Assembly (NCBI GenBank): GCA_963737655.1
Contig: CAVTTN010000002.1
Coordinates: 6,848,001 to 6,912,000 of the forward strand
Direction: 5' to 3'
From: an uncultured Planctomycetota bacterium
GTDB taxonomy: Bacteria; Planctomycetota; Planctomycetia; Isosphaerales; Isosphaeraceae
Length of the DNA: 64,000 bases
The position numbers and the translations under genes are program-made. Each line of letters opens with the position of its first letter. Position 1 is the first letter of the stretch. The notes beneath the pieces were generated by a model. The model did no database searches, was not told the DNA's origin, and saw nothing but the letters and a program-made list of their open reading frames with translations. Below are positions 11,701-20,781 of the stretch, in pieces.

Positions 11701-12486
11701 GTCCAGGGGGAGCTGGCCGAGGATCGAGCGTTCGAGCTCCTGGCGGGGGACGTCCAGCTTCACCTTGAGCTGGTTCTCCTTGTCCCCCCGGTTGATCGCC
11801 AGGACGCGGTGGGGCGGGATGTGGCCGACGGGCTCGGAATAGGCGAAATAGTCGCGATATTCGAGGCCCTGGCCCTCGGGCACGCTCTCCGCCTTGGTCG
11901 TGGCCACCTTGCCCAGCTTCCACACCGTCCGGCGGACGGCCTCGCGGACGATCGCCAGCTCGTTGATCGACTCCGAGAGGATGTGGCCGACGCCTTCGAG
12001 GACGCTCTCGGGCGTTTCCAGGCCATTCTCGGCGTTGACGAACTCGGCGGCGGCGGCGGCCAGGTCGGTCAGGGTCTCGTCCCGGTTCCAGATCCGCAGC
12101 GCCAGGGGCTCCAGGCCCTTCTCGCGGGCCTCGCTCGCCTTGGTCCGCTTCTTGGGCTTGTACGGGAGGTACAGGTCTTCGAGCCTCTTGGGATTGTCGG
12201 CCGCCTTGATCGCGTCGCGGAGGTCGTCGGAGAGCTTGCCCTGGGCCTCGATCGCCTTGAGGATCGTCTCCTTCCGCTCGGCCAGGTCGCGCAACCGCTT
12301 GACCCGCGCCTGGATCTCCCGGATCGCGACCTCGTTCAGGTTGCCGGTCCGCTCTTTTCGGTAGCGGGTGATGAACGGCACCGTGTTGCCCTCGTCGAGC
12401 AACTGAACGACGCTCTCGACCTGGACGCGCCGGATTTGCAAATCCTGCGCGATCCGGCCCAGGTCGACCGGGATCGGGGTTTCCAT
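8735..12486 (-). CDS. tex: Tex family RNA-binding protein, frameshifted near 10885, with a large low-complexity insert
   Basis: N-part: GNTVPFITRYRKE, EDLYLPYK, AIDPGFRTGCK, IGNGTACRE. C-part: VNEAGASVYSAS, GVGLYQHD, HhH and S1 (NVVDFGAFVDIG). The two frames join by restoring one base. Confidence 0.9.
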
Positions 12487-12952
12487 GAGAGACCTACTCG
12501 GAGGAGGGAGGGACGACGACGTTTCGGGCGGTCCCCTCGGGGGTCGAGGGCCCGTCCACTGGAACCCGGCCAAGTTTCCCGGACGGACGCGCGCGGGCCG
12601 ACCGGCCTGGCGCAACAGTCCGGCCAATCTATGAGATGGCACGCCCCGATGTCAAGCGCCGCAAACGGGATTGGGCCGAATCACCGACACGGCCTCCGGG
12701 CCGTCCCCGTTCAACCCGTTCGACTCGCGAACATCCCGTGGCAGACCAAGCAAGTCCGGGGGATTTTGACGATCGCCGACGCGGCCCAACCCGGGGCGCA
12801 CGCCCGGAAGCCCCGATCGGATCCGGGCCGACCGCACCATCGCCGAGGTCCGACGCGAAGGAGGGAACGCCGAGGCGAGCCCGGCGTCGCGCCCGTCGAT
12901 GGGCTCGCACACGGCCGGCGATCGCCGATCCGGCCCGGTCTCGCCGTCCGCC

Positions 12953-13396
12953 TCACCGGGACCTGGCGCGCTCCAGGGCGATCTCGGCTTCCAGGCGGTC
13001 CGCCGTGGCCTTGAGGGTATCCGCGAAAGAGGCTCGCGCCGCCTTGTGATCTGCCTGGGCAATCGCCTCGGAATTCCGGGCCTCGGCCACCAGCTTCTCC
13101 AGGACCGCCACCCTCGCCTTGTCCGTCTCGCAGAGGTCGAGTTCGGCGCGGAGCGCGTCTCGGTTCGCCTCCGCGACCTGGCGATACGAGGCCCGGCCGT
13201 TCTGGAAGCTCGCCCGGACGGCTTCCGCGGCCTGTTCGAGGATGGCGTGCCTCTCCTTGAGGAGCGCCTTCAGCTTGGTGTCCCGGTCCTCCGCCGCAAC
13301 CGCTCGGGGCGAAGTGCCGCACCAGGCGGCGACGCCTCCGCCGATCACCAACGCCGCGATGCCGAGAGCCGCGAGCCGGGATTCGCGTGAAAGCAT
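12953..13396 (-). CDS. Secreted helical hypothetical protein (possible distal cassette gene)
   Basis: N-terminal signal peptide, amphipathic helices and a GAGGGGG RBS; lies just downstream of an attC-like site. Confidence 0.7.
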   Translation of the reverse strand: MLSRESRLAALGIAALVIGGGVAAWCGTSPRAVAAEDRDTKLKALLKERHAILEQAAEAVRASFQNGRASYRQVAEANRDALRAELDLCETDKARVAVLEKLVAEARNSEAIAQADHKAARASFADTLKATADRLEAEIALERARSR

Positions 13397-13431
13397 GGGA
13401 GCGCCCCCTCGTCAAGCCGTGATCGTGAGCC

Positions 13432-13520
13432 GCCGAACGACCAGCCTCCGCGGGCCCGCCCCCCGGAGCGACCCTGACCTTAGCATAAAACCGCCGAGGC
13501 GGTGAGGGGCGAGGTCAGGC
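13432..13520 (-). mobile_element. Degenerate attC-like site (4th)
   Basis: Minus strand GCCTGAC-CTCGC...CCGCGGAGGCTGGTC-GTTCGGC; both ends resemble the intact attC at 14564-14663. Confidence 0.5.
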
Positions 13521-13602
13521 GAGGTCGTCCCGAGGCGCCGATGCCCCGGATGGGCGACGGAGCGGCGTGGCCCGCGCCGCACCGGGTCGGCGGCGGGCGC
13601 CC

Positions 13603-13995
13603 TCAGGGCGGTTGTTGGGGAGCATCCTCGAAGGGGCTCGACTCCTCCGCGGGCAACGCGGGCATTCGTCCGTTCCTGAGCGGGTCGGCCGCGCTCATCT
13701 TGGCAGGTTCGGGCGGATCGGCCTCCACCGGAAGCCAGGGGAAGCGGGCCGCCCGCTCGTACTTGCGCTGCATGGCCCAGTCGTAGAATGCTTGCCGAGG
13801 GATGAGGAAGCCCGGGTAGAGCCAGACATGACGCGAGGCGTCTTCGTACCGGGCCGCGATCCGGAGGAACCTCGCCCGACGCTCGGCCAGTATCCCGAGC
13901 GCCACGCCGGCGACCGCCACGGCAACCATCGCCCGTCGCAGGGTGAACCGGGGACCGCGAATGAGAGTAGGCACCGGCAATCTCGCCCCCAACAA
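13603..13995 (-). CDS. Small planctomycete-type membrane protein (start uncertain)
   Basis: RFTLRRAMVAVAVAGVALG leader and KYERAARFPWLPVEADPPEP motif, which I recall as typical of a small Isosphaeraceae paralog family. Confidence 0.65.
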   Translation of the reverse strand: MLGARLPVPTLIRGPRFTLRRAMVAVAVAGVALGILAERRARFLRIAARYEDASRHVWLYPGFLIPRQAFYDWAMQRKYERAARFPWLPVEADPPEPAKMSAADPLRNGRMPALPAEESSPFEDAPQQPP

Positions 13996-14019
13996 CCTTG
14001 CCCGATCGCTTCCCGGGCC

Positions 14020-14120
14020 GCCTCACGCCAAAGCTCAGCGGCCCAGCACCGCCGAGCAAGATCAGGATCGTCTGGTGAGCGCGGCGGCGGTTGCTGAAGC
14101 CGATCTTCGAGCGGTAAGGA
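14020..14120 (-). mobile_element. Degenerate attC-like site (3rd), following an almost empty cassette
   Basis: 3' half GGGCCGCTGAGCTTTGGC-GTGAGGC closely matches the 3' half of attC2. The 5' half is eroded, so the boundary is approximate. Confidence 0.5.
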
Positions 14121-14138
14121 GGTATGACGCGGTGTGCC

Positions 14139-14239
14139 GCCCAGCCACAAAGCTCAGCGGACCCGGACACTGACCAGTGAGCTTGAGATTAGAGAAAGCG
14201 CCGACCGTGGCTGGGGTCCGCTGCAACGCGAGTTTAGGC
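14139..14239 (-). mobile_element. attC site (2nd)
   Basis: GCCTAAA-CTCGCGTTGCAGCGGACCC...GGGTCCGCTGAGCTTTGTG-GCTGGGC. Imperfect 101-bp palindrome; the upstream gene's stop TAA lies in R''. Confidence 0.75.
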
Positions 14240-14545
14240 CATGTCGGCGATCGAGAAGATAACCACCTCGTCGCGAACCACCGGGAACTCTTGAGACCAG
14301 CAGGCGACGGTTGCGGTTTCGGGACTGAGACGACGAATGGCCGCCACACAGGATACCAAGCCCCAGCGCCGCATGAGCCTGGCAATTCCACGACTGCATG
14401 CCCCGTCGATTTGGAAGGGCGTCCCAGCCGGGGAGGTTAGGAGAGCGGCTCGCAAGTCGTCGTCGAACGTCACGACGTAGGCGCAGACGATGGTGAGGAA
14501 CCGGCGGTGTAGTTTCTTCCTGAGACGCCTCCGATGCCGCATCAT
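14234..14545 (-). CDS. Integron cassette hypothetical protein (103 aa)
   Basis: ATG about 18 bp after attC1 GTTAGGC; stop inside the attC2 R'' box. Confidence 0.65.
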   Translation of the reverse strand: MMRHRRRLRKKLHRRFLTIVCAYVVTFDDDLRAALLTSPAGTPFQIDGACSRGIARLMRRWGLVSCVAAIRRLSPETATVACWSQEFPVVRDEVVIFSIADMA

Positions 14546-14563
14546 CCCTCGACCGCGAGAGCG

Positions 14564-14663
14564 GCCTAACGCCCAAGCTCCGCGAACCGGCCGCCGACCT
14601 GTGACGTGGATATTACCAGAAATCGACCTCGGCGGCCGGGTCCGCTGCGGCGCGAGGTTAGGC
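14564..14663 (-). mobile_element. attC site (1st, intact)
   Basis: GCCTAAC (RYYYAAC) ... GTTAGGC (GTTRRRY), 100 bp, with an inner inverted repeat CCGGCCGCCGA/TCGGCGGCCGG. Confidence 0.88.
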
Positions 14664-15005
14664 GCGATTCGGCTCGGTGACCTCGACCACCGAGGCCGCC
14701 CAAAACGACGGCACGCACCAGTCCGGCTCGAAGGTGCCCACCCGCACGCCGATATCTTCCATCTGCCGGCCTGACACGTCCGAGACGTACACCCGGGACC
14801 AGGCGCCCAGCCGCCCGCGGGGCAACTCCACATCCCGAGGGGCGAAGAACCGCAGGCGTCGCTCAACCCCGTTTCGGACGAATGCCAGATCGATGTGCGT
14901 CTGCCGCCAATCGTCCGGGGCGAGGCGGTAAGCGAACTCGACCAGCGCCCACGAGTAGGGGTCGGGCAAGATCGGGTGGAATGGATCGTCTCCGGGGTCC
15001 GACAC
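14658..15005 (-). CDS. Integron cassette 1 hypothetical protein (about 115 aa)
   Basis: GTG start after a GGAGAAG RBS just downstream of GTTAGCC; stop TAA inside the attC1 GCCTAAC. Confidence 0.72.
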   Translation of the reverse strand: MSDPGDDPFHPILPDPYSWALVEFAYRLAPDDWRQTHIDLAFVRNGVERRLRFFAPRDVELPRGRLGAWSRVYVSDVSGRQMEDIGVRVGTFEPDWCVPSFWAASVVEVTEPNRA

Positions 15006-15022
15006 CGCGAGTCTTCTCCGCC

Positions 15023-15045
15023 GGCTAACAAGTATTGGACGGACC
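15023..15045 (-). mobile_element. Candidate attI recombination site
   Basis: Minus strand GTCCGTCCAATACTT-GTTAGCC. The GTT core sits immediately before cassette 1, has no attC left half, and lies next to the divergent intI remnant. Confidence 0.6.
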
Positions 15046-15196
15046 GCACGCAATGTGGGGTCTTACGCCCTTGCTCCGCATGCTTTTCAGCATTTCTTGA
15101 AATTATGGGCCGCCTGTTTGCGATGCAAGCGTTATGTCGGAAAGATTCGGGAATGAGGGCGTGGACGGGTGTAGCCCCCGAATCTGGAGTTTTTTC

Positions 15197-15228
15197 GGGT
15201 GCCCCCGGTTCTCGAACCGGGGGCACCC
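15197..15228. repeat. Perfect GC-rich hairpin between attI and the intI remnant
   Basis: GGGTGCCCCCGGTT-CTCG-AACCGGGGGCACCC, 14-bp stem. Confidence 0.8.
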
Positions 15229-15260
15229 CAGAAGTTCCGGATTCCAGAGCTATACCCGGC

Positions 15261-15423
15261 GTGGACGGTTGCGGACCGAGGGGTTTTTCGCGATCGACGC
15301 GGCATCTTCACCGCGTTCGCGCGGACGTGAGGCGATTGCATCCCGGCCTTCGCACGGAGGATGCTTATGTGCTATGGTCCGTCGATCCGTCCGGTTCATG
15401 AGACACGGCCTCCGGAGGAGATG
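15261..15423 (+). pseudogene. intI: 5' remnant of an integron integrase (N-terminal SAM-like domain)
   Basis: LHRVRADVRRLHPGLRTEDAYVLW, then after frameshifts RRSVRF and HETRPPEEM. Parallels IntI1 [37 protein letters not shown]. No catalytic domain follows. Confidence 0.72.
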
Positions 15424-15463
15424 TGTCTATTTGTAGGTATTCGCGGGGTCGAGGGCGGTTTTT

Positions 15464-15533
15464 GTCGGGTCCGCTATTGCGGACCTCCTGGCGACGAAGG
15501 GATGGCGAAGAGGTCCGCAATAGCGGACCCGAC
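15464..15533. repeat. REPIN, family A (GTAGGGTCCGCTATTGCGGACC type)
   Basis: Inverted pair gtcgggtccgctattgcggacc / ggtccgcaatagcggacccgac; homologous to 29686-29755 including the flanks. Confidence 0.88.
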
Positions 15534-16313
15534 GAGCCGCGATTCGATGCACTACACGGATGATTGCTAAGATGTAAGCATGCCACGCGAGCCTCGATCC
15601 TTGAGGGATCACTCGACGGTTCCCAGGGCTTGCGATCCTGGGGAATCTGGGGCTTTCGGGAAATCCGCTGGAGAGACTCGGATGGGGTGGGGTTTGCGGG
15701 CGGTTGGCTATGGTTGATTTGCCGATGTTTTCGAATTTATGGATTTGTATTCCATTTTTAAGTAAGATTGATCAAATTTCCTATGGATAAGAAATGCGGG
15801 TTCGATGTTTTGTAGGAAGTTGACTACACTTTTTCCCGAAAAACGCGCCGAAGGGCTTTTTTTCCAGGGTTTTCGGGCGCGCAGTCACTCGTGTCGAGCC
15901 ATGATTATTAATTTGAGAATTTGTTTGATTTTGACGAACAAAGAGCGATGGATAAACGGTTTGCGTCAATCGGAGTTTGGGGCTTCGTCGCCGACTTTTG
16001 TCCGAAAAGTGGACGGCTTGCGGATCGCAAGCGAGGGGGCGGTCGGGAGGGGCGATGGGGGTGGTGGCGGGATTGGGTGATCGGGGGTGGGGGCGGCCCT
16101 CGATGATGGGTTCATGGGGGCGGCGACAATGGGGGGCGGGTTCGATTGGCAGAGCTGGGGAGGGTGGGCCGTGATCGATGGGGATGGGTTCGCGCGATCT
16201 CTCGTCTCGGTCGAGGGGGCGGGGTCCGGGGACGGGGCGGGCCTGGCTCGTCGAGCCGGGATCGGCGGCTCGGGCGCGGGGCGGTCCCGGCGACCGGTCG
16301 AGGTTGACGGCGA

Positions 16314-17756
16314 TCAGAGGTCCCAGGCGCGGGCACCGTCGAGGAAGCAGGAGACGACGCCGTCCTCGCTGACCTTGAGGACGGGGCCGAAGCGGCTGGC
16401 GGCGAGGGCGGCGGTGGTCCGGGCGCCCTCGGCGGCGGCGAGGTTGGGGAGGTCGGCGGCGTCGTGACGGAGGATGGCGCCGAAGGCCAGGATCTTGCCG
16501 GCTCGATCGACGGCCAACGCCCCATCCAGGCCGGCGAGGGCCTCCAGCACGGTGGGATCGAGGTCGAAGACGGATCGGCCCCGGGCGAGGTAGTGCAGGG
16601 CGCGGCGGGCCAGGGGGTCTCGGGGGGAGACCTCGGCGGGAGGGCCGTCCGGAGCGGGGCCGGTCAGGACGTCGCTCGGGGCGATCAGGCGGCCGATGGC
16701 GTCGTCGGGCCGGTCGAGCACGACGAACAGGGCGCCCCGGCGGCCCTCGGCCAGGTTCAGGGCCGCACCGAACAGCGAGCCGGCCAGGGGCAGGTCGCCG
16801 ACGGCCCCGGTCCACTCGGCCGACCGGGCCCGGGGGTTCAAAAGCCGCCATCGGCCGTGGGCGAAGGCGAAGGCCTGGGCGCCCTCGGCAAAGACCTTGA
16901 TTTCCTGGTGAGGGCTGAGGACCACGCAGACATGGCCGCCCCGCCGGGTGGCCCTGGCGTGGGGGCGATAGGTCCGGGCGCAGAGGGTGCATTCGGGGCC
17001 GTCGTCGGGCAGGTCGGCGGCCCATCGGACGATGTCGGCGATCCCCGCGAGCTTGCCCTGGCGGTCCACCAGGAACAGCGTGCGCTCGCCGTCGCAGAGG
17101 CGGTGGATGCTCTTGAGGCCGGTCAGCTCCACGCCGTAGGGCAGGGCGTCGGGGGCGGCGGGGGGGAAGGGGCGGGTTGAGGCGTCTCCGGGGCCGACCA
17201 GCAGGGCCCCGGTGGAGACCCGGTGGTTCTCGTAGGTGGAGAGGGCGGCCGTTCGAAGCGTCTGGATCGTCCCGGCGACGCGGCTGGGTTCGTGGGCCGG
17301 GGGGCGGTAGGCGTCGGGCTCGACGAACGCGGCGACGTAGTGGTCTTCGGAGCCGCCTCGATAGAGTTCCAGGCGGGCGGCGCGGGACATGTGGAACAGA
17401 TGATAATATCGCAGGCCGAGGACCGCCCCCAGGGCGCGGACCATCCTCGTCTCGTCGGAGGAGAGGCGGGCGCCGTCGCGAGAGGCCAGCCGGTGGCGGA
17501 TTCCGTAGAGCTCGACGACGTCCCCGCCCTCGTCCTGGTAAAGCCGGAAGCCGGGGCCGAGCCGGAAGACGGCCTGGGATGGGTCGTCCAGGGGGTCCAG
17601 GCGGCTCTGGGGGAAGAAGGCGAGCAGGTCTCGGCGGAAGACCGAGAAGAACAGGTCGGCCACGGCCGGGGCGTCGCGAAGACCCTCGGAGGAGTCGCCC
17701 GGCAGGTGGGGAAGAAACGGGCCGGGCCCCGACGGTCCGTCGATCCTGGGTCGCAT
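16314..17756 (-). CDS. DisA_N/diadenylate cyclase (DAC)-like protein with N-terminal putative sensor region
   Basis: C-terminal GALFVV...LDGALAVD...GAIL...EGARTTAALAASRFGPVLKVSEDG. DGA is present and the RHR motif reads RTT. Start uncertain. Confidence 0.78.
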   Translation of the reverse strand: MRPRIDGPSGPGPFLPHLPGDSSEGLRDAPAVADLFFSVFRRDLLAFFPQSRLDPLDDPSQAVFRLGPGFRLYQDEGGDVVELYGIRHRLASRDGARLSSDETRMVRALGAVLGLRYYHLFHMSRAARLELYRGGSEDHYVAAFVEPDAYRPPAHEPSRVAGTIQTLRTAALSTYENHRVSTGALLVGPGDASTRPFPPAAPDALPYGVELTGLKSIHRLCDGERTLFLVDRQGKLAGIADIVRWAADLPDDGPECTLCARTYRPHARATRRGGHVCVVLSPHQEIKVFAEGAQAFAFAHGRWRLLNPRARSAEWTGAVGDLPLAGSLFGAALNLAEGRRGALFVVLDRPDDAIGRLIAPSDVLTGPAPDGPPAEVSPRDPLARRALHYLARGRSVFDLDPTVLEALAGLDGALAVDRAGKILAFGAILRHDAADLPNLAAAEGARTTAALAASRFGPVLKVSEDGVVSCFLDGARAWDL

Positions 17757-18057
17757 CCCGCGCCTCCGTCCCTGGATGGCCTCGGGGCGCTCGCTCGGGC
17801 CTCGTTGCCCACGGATCTTGCCCCGCCCCGGACGGGGAACTATACCCGAGACCGGACTCGGGGGCAATGGTGCGAGGAGGCCCCGCCAGGGCCGTTTCAG
17901 CGTCAGGGGTTCCTCGGCCGGAAATGCTTGATGGGGCACGGGTTCCGAAGAGGAAACGCGTGCCACCCGAGATCCTCGCGGCCGGATGTCTCCCGAGAAC
18001 GCAACGGCCGGGGAGGCCGTCGGCCCCGGTCGCGGAGTCCCGCTCCGCCGGGTCGGC

Positions 18058-18390
18058 TCAACCCCCCGGGGCGACGAGCCGAGCGGCGGCCAGGGCCCGG
18101 TTGTCGCGGTGGTCGTCAGGCCGGGCCTTCACGGCCGATTCGAGCCGGGCGACCCCGGAGGCGATCCGGGCCCGGCCCTCGTCGGCCCTCCCCTGGCGGA
18201 TTCGGAGGCGGCCGAGGGCGATTTCGGCCTCGGCGAGCCGGCCGGGGAGGCCGAGGTTCGCCCGGTCCCGGTCCTTCATGAGGTCCGAGAGGGCCTTTTG
18301 AACCTCCTGCAAGGCGGCCTCGGCCTCGGCAACCGGCCCGGCCTCGGCGAGCCGTTCGGCCCGGAATCGAGGCCGGCCCGACCGGCGGGC
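18058..18390 (-). pseudogene. Orphan TPR-like helical fragment
   Basis: LAEAEIALGRLRIRQGRADEGRARIASGVARLE resembles a TPR tail; no clear start or RBS. Confidence 0.35.
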
Positions 18391-18582
18391 GGGTCCGGCC
18401 TGGCTCCCGTCACCGAGGGCCTCGATCCAGAGGGGCGGCGACTCTCGGCCAGGCCATCCTAACCCCGCCCCCGGCGATCCCGCCAGGAGATCTGGGCGAA
18501 TTGCGGGTGACACCCGTGATCCTTCGCAAAACCGTTCCCGTCCCCGGGATCTTCCAAGGCTCAACTCTCGCCGGTGACCGGC

Positions 18583-19656
18583 TCAATGCCGGACCAGCGC
18601 CAGGACGATCTCCACGGCGATCAGGACCACCACGACGATCTCCAGGGCCTCCATCCGCGAGCCTCCGGCCTGCTGGACGAGCAGGTCATACACGTCCCCC
18701 ACGGTGTCCAGCTTCCGGCGGATCGATTGCTGCCAGTCCCCGAGGTGGAACCGGGCCGAGGCCAGGGCGTAGACCCGCGAGAGGTACTGATCGCCGATGA
18801 GCTTCAACGCGTTGTCGGCCCTCTCGAACAGGCTGGTGGCCTCGATTTCCAGCTCTCGGACGCTGCGGACCGCCCGCTCGTGGGACCTCCAGGGGAACCT
18901 CGGCCGCGTCTTCCTCCGCTCGGGGCGGATCAGCCGATAGGCGGCCTCCAGCCGGTCGTCCAGGCGGTCGTCGATGTGTCGGAATTCCAGGAGCTGGACG
19001 TTGGCGAACTCGATGACTTGCAAGGTGTCGGCGCAGTCGCGGTCGGCGACGAGCCCGGCGGCCCAGTCGATCAGGACCAGGTCATTCGGGGCGTAGGAGA
19101 TGGCCAATCGGGTGGCCTCGCGGACCTCGTCCGGGCTGTAGGGGCCGCCCTCCAGGCGGACGAGCCCGGCGGCCCACTCGGCATGGTCGGCCAGCCAGCC
19201 GCTGCGGACCTCGCCGAGCTGGAAGATCACGTATTCCTCGCTCAGATCGCTGAATTCGAATTCGATCACGGCCGGACGGACCCGCTCGATCCACGGCGAG
19301 AGCGCCCGGCGGGCGGACTCGGTCAAGGGGCCGAGGTCGGCCAGGGCCGAGGCCAGCCGGGCGAGTCCCTCGGGCGTCTCCCGGACCGGGAACCGGGCCA
19401 TCAGCGACAGGGCGCCGAAGTCGTAAATGCCAAGCTCCAGACGATTTGGGGCGATCCCGCCGGGCAGCGCCATCGACCCGGGCTCGACCGTCAGCCGCAG
19501 GGGGGCCGGACGGTAGCGGATCGATTCGGGCGTCCTCCGGCGACGGGGCAGCGCCCCGGCCTCCACCGGCAGGAGCGTCCGGGCCCGGTCCAGGTCGATC
19601 TCGTACCCCACGTCGAAGGCGAACGCGAGGTGGATGGTGGCGTCGAGGATTTCCAT
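18583..19656 (-). CDS. RMD1/DUF155-like protein with C-terminal TM helix
   Basis: FAFDVGYEIDL, EFANVQLLEFR, YLSRVY...RFHL..W and a C-terminal LEIVVVVLIAVEI. Confidence 0.7.
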   Translation of the reverse strand: MEILDATIHLAFAFDVGYEIDLDRARTLLPVEAGALPRRRRTPESIRYRPAPLRLTVEPGSMALPGGIAPNRLELGIYDFGALSLMARFPVRETPEGLARLASALADLGPLTESARRALSPWIERVRPAVIEFEFSDLSEEYVIFQLGEVRSGWLADHAEWAAGLVRLEGGPYSPDEVREATRLAISYAPNDLVLIDWAAGLVADRDCADTLQVIEFANVQLLEFRHIDDRLDDRLEAAYRLIRPERRKTRPRFPWRSHERAVRSVRELEIEATSLFERADNALKLIGDQYLSRVYALASARFHLGDWQQSIRRKLDTVGDVYDLLVQQAGGSRMEALEIVVVVLIAVEIVLALVRH

Positions 19657-19791
19657 GCCGATACTCTCCCCGGTCCGGCCTCCCGGATGCAAGTTGGCCG
19701 CGAGGATCGGCCTCGTCCCGGGCCGGATTTCCCGGCCGTCGGGTAGAATATCCGACCGAGGAATGGCCCGACGATCCGGGGAGGAGTGCGC

Positions 19792-20751
19792 ATGTTCTTT
19801 GGTCGGAAGTTGCACACGCCGTTTTCGTTCTGGCTCCAGGCCCTGCAAATCCGGGGGTCGGCGGTGCCGTTGGTGGTGATCCGGGTCCTGGTGTTCACGG
19901 TGATCACGGTCCTGCTCGCCTGGATTCATCGCAATGACCACCTTCCCGACCTGAACATCCCCGTGGCCCCGTACGAGGCGGCCGGGGCGGTCCTGGGCTT
20001 GCTGATGGTGCTCCGGACCAATTCGGGGTATGAGCGGTGGTGGGAGGCACGGAAGCTCTGGGGCTCGATGGTCAACACGTCCCGGTCTCTGGGGGTGACG
20101 ATCGTGACCTACGGCCCCAAGGACCCGGCCTGGCGGGATCGGGCGGCCCGGCGGGTCGCGGCGTTCGGGCATGCGGCCCGGCGGAGCCTCCGGGGCCAGG
20201 CGATCGCCCCCGAGCTCGTGACCCTGCTGGGGGCGGAGGAGGCCCGGTTCGTGACCGAGGCCGACCACATGCCCTCGGCCGTGGCCCGATTGATCGCCGA
20301 GTCGCTCCGCGAGGGCCTGGCCGGCCCGCCGTTCCTCCAGGCCGACGCCCTCCGCGTCCTCCTGATCGACAACCTCGGCGGCTGCGAGCGGATCGCCAAG
20401 ACGCCCTTGCCCCAGGCCTATACCATCGAGGTCCGCCGCTTCATCTTCCTGTTCCTCTTCAGCTTGCCGTTCGTCCTGTTCAACAAGCTGGAGAAGTCCG
20501 AGGCCGTCTGGCTGGCCCCGCTGATCATGATCCTCGTCTCGTACCCGCTCCTGGCCATCGACAAGATCGCCCACGAGCTCCAGGACCCGTTCCAGCCCTA
20601 CCGGCTGAACCACCTCCCCCTGGACGACCTCTCGGCGATGATCGAGCGGAACGTCCTGGCGATCGTCGGCGAAACGCCGGCCCTTGACTCCTCTCGGACC
20701 TCGCCGATACAGTCGCCCATGATCTCCTGGGGCGACCTCCGAAGCGTCTAG
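19792..20751 (+). CDS. Bestrophin family (YneE-like) channel
   Basis: LRTNSGYERWWEARKLWG, GGCERIAKTPLP, ELQDPF. Confidence 0.92.
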   Translation: MFFGRKLHTPFSFWLQALQIRGSAVPLVVIRVLVFTVITVLLAWIHRNDHLPDLNIPVAPYEAAGAVLGLLMVLRTNSGYERWWEARKLWGSMVNTSRSLGVTIVTYGPKDPAWRDRAARRVAAFGHAARRSLRGQAIAPELVTLLGAEEARFVTEADHMPSAVARLIAESLREGLAGPPFLQADALRVLLIDNLGGCERIAKTPLPQAYTIEVRRFIFLFLFSLPFVLFNKLEKSEAVWLAPLIMILVSYPLLAIDKIAHELQDPFQPYRLNHLPLDDLSAMIERNVLAIVGETPALDSSRTSPIQSPMISWGDLRSV

Positions 20752-20781
20752 AGCCGCGGCGAAGCCGAGGACGACCCGACC

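Noticed and set aside
15102..15128. Cassette promoter Pc (TTGCAT-15 bp-CATAAT on the minus strand)
   Set aside because: The position is plausible, but the 15-bp spacer is suboptimal and it cannot be supported by eye.
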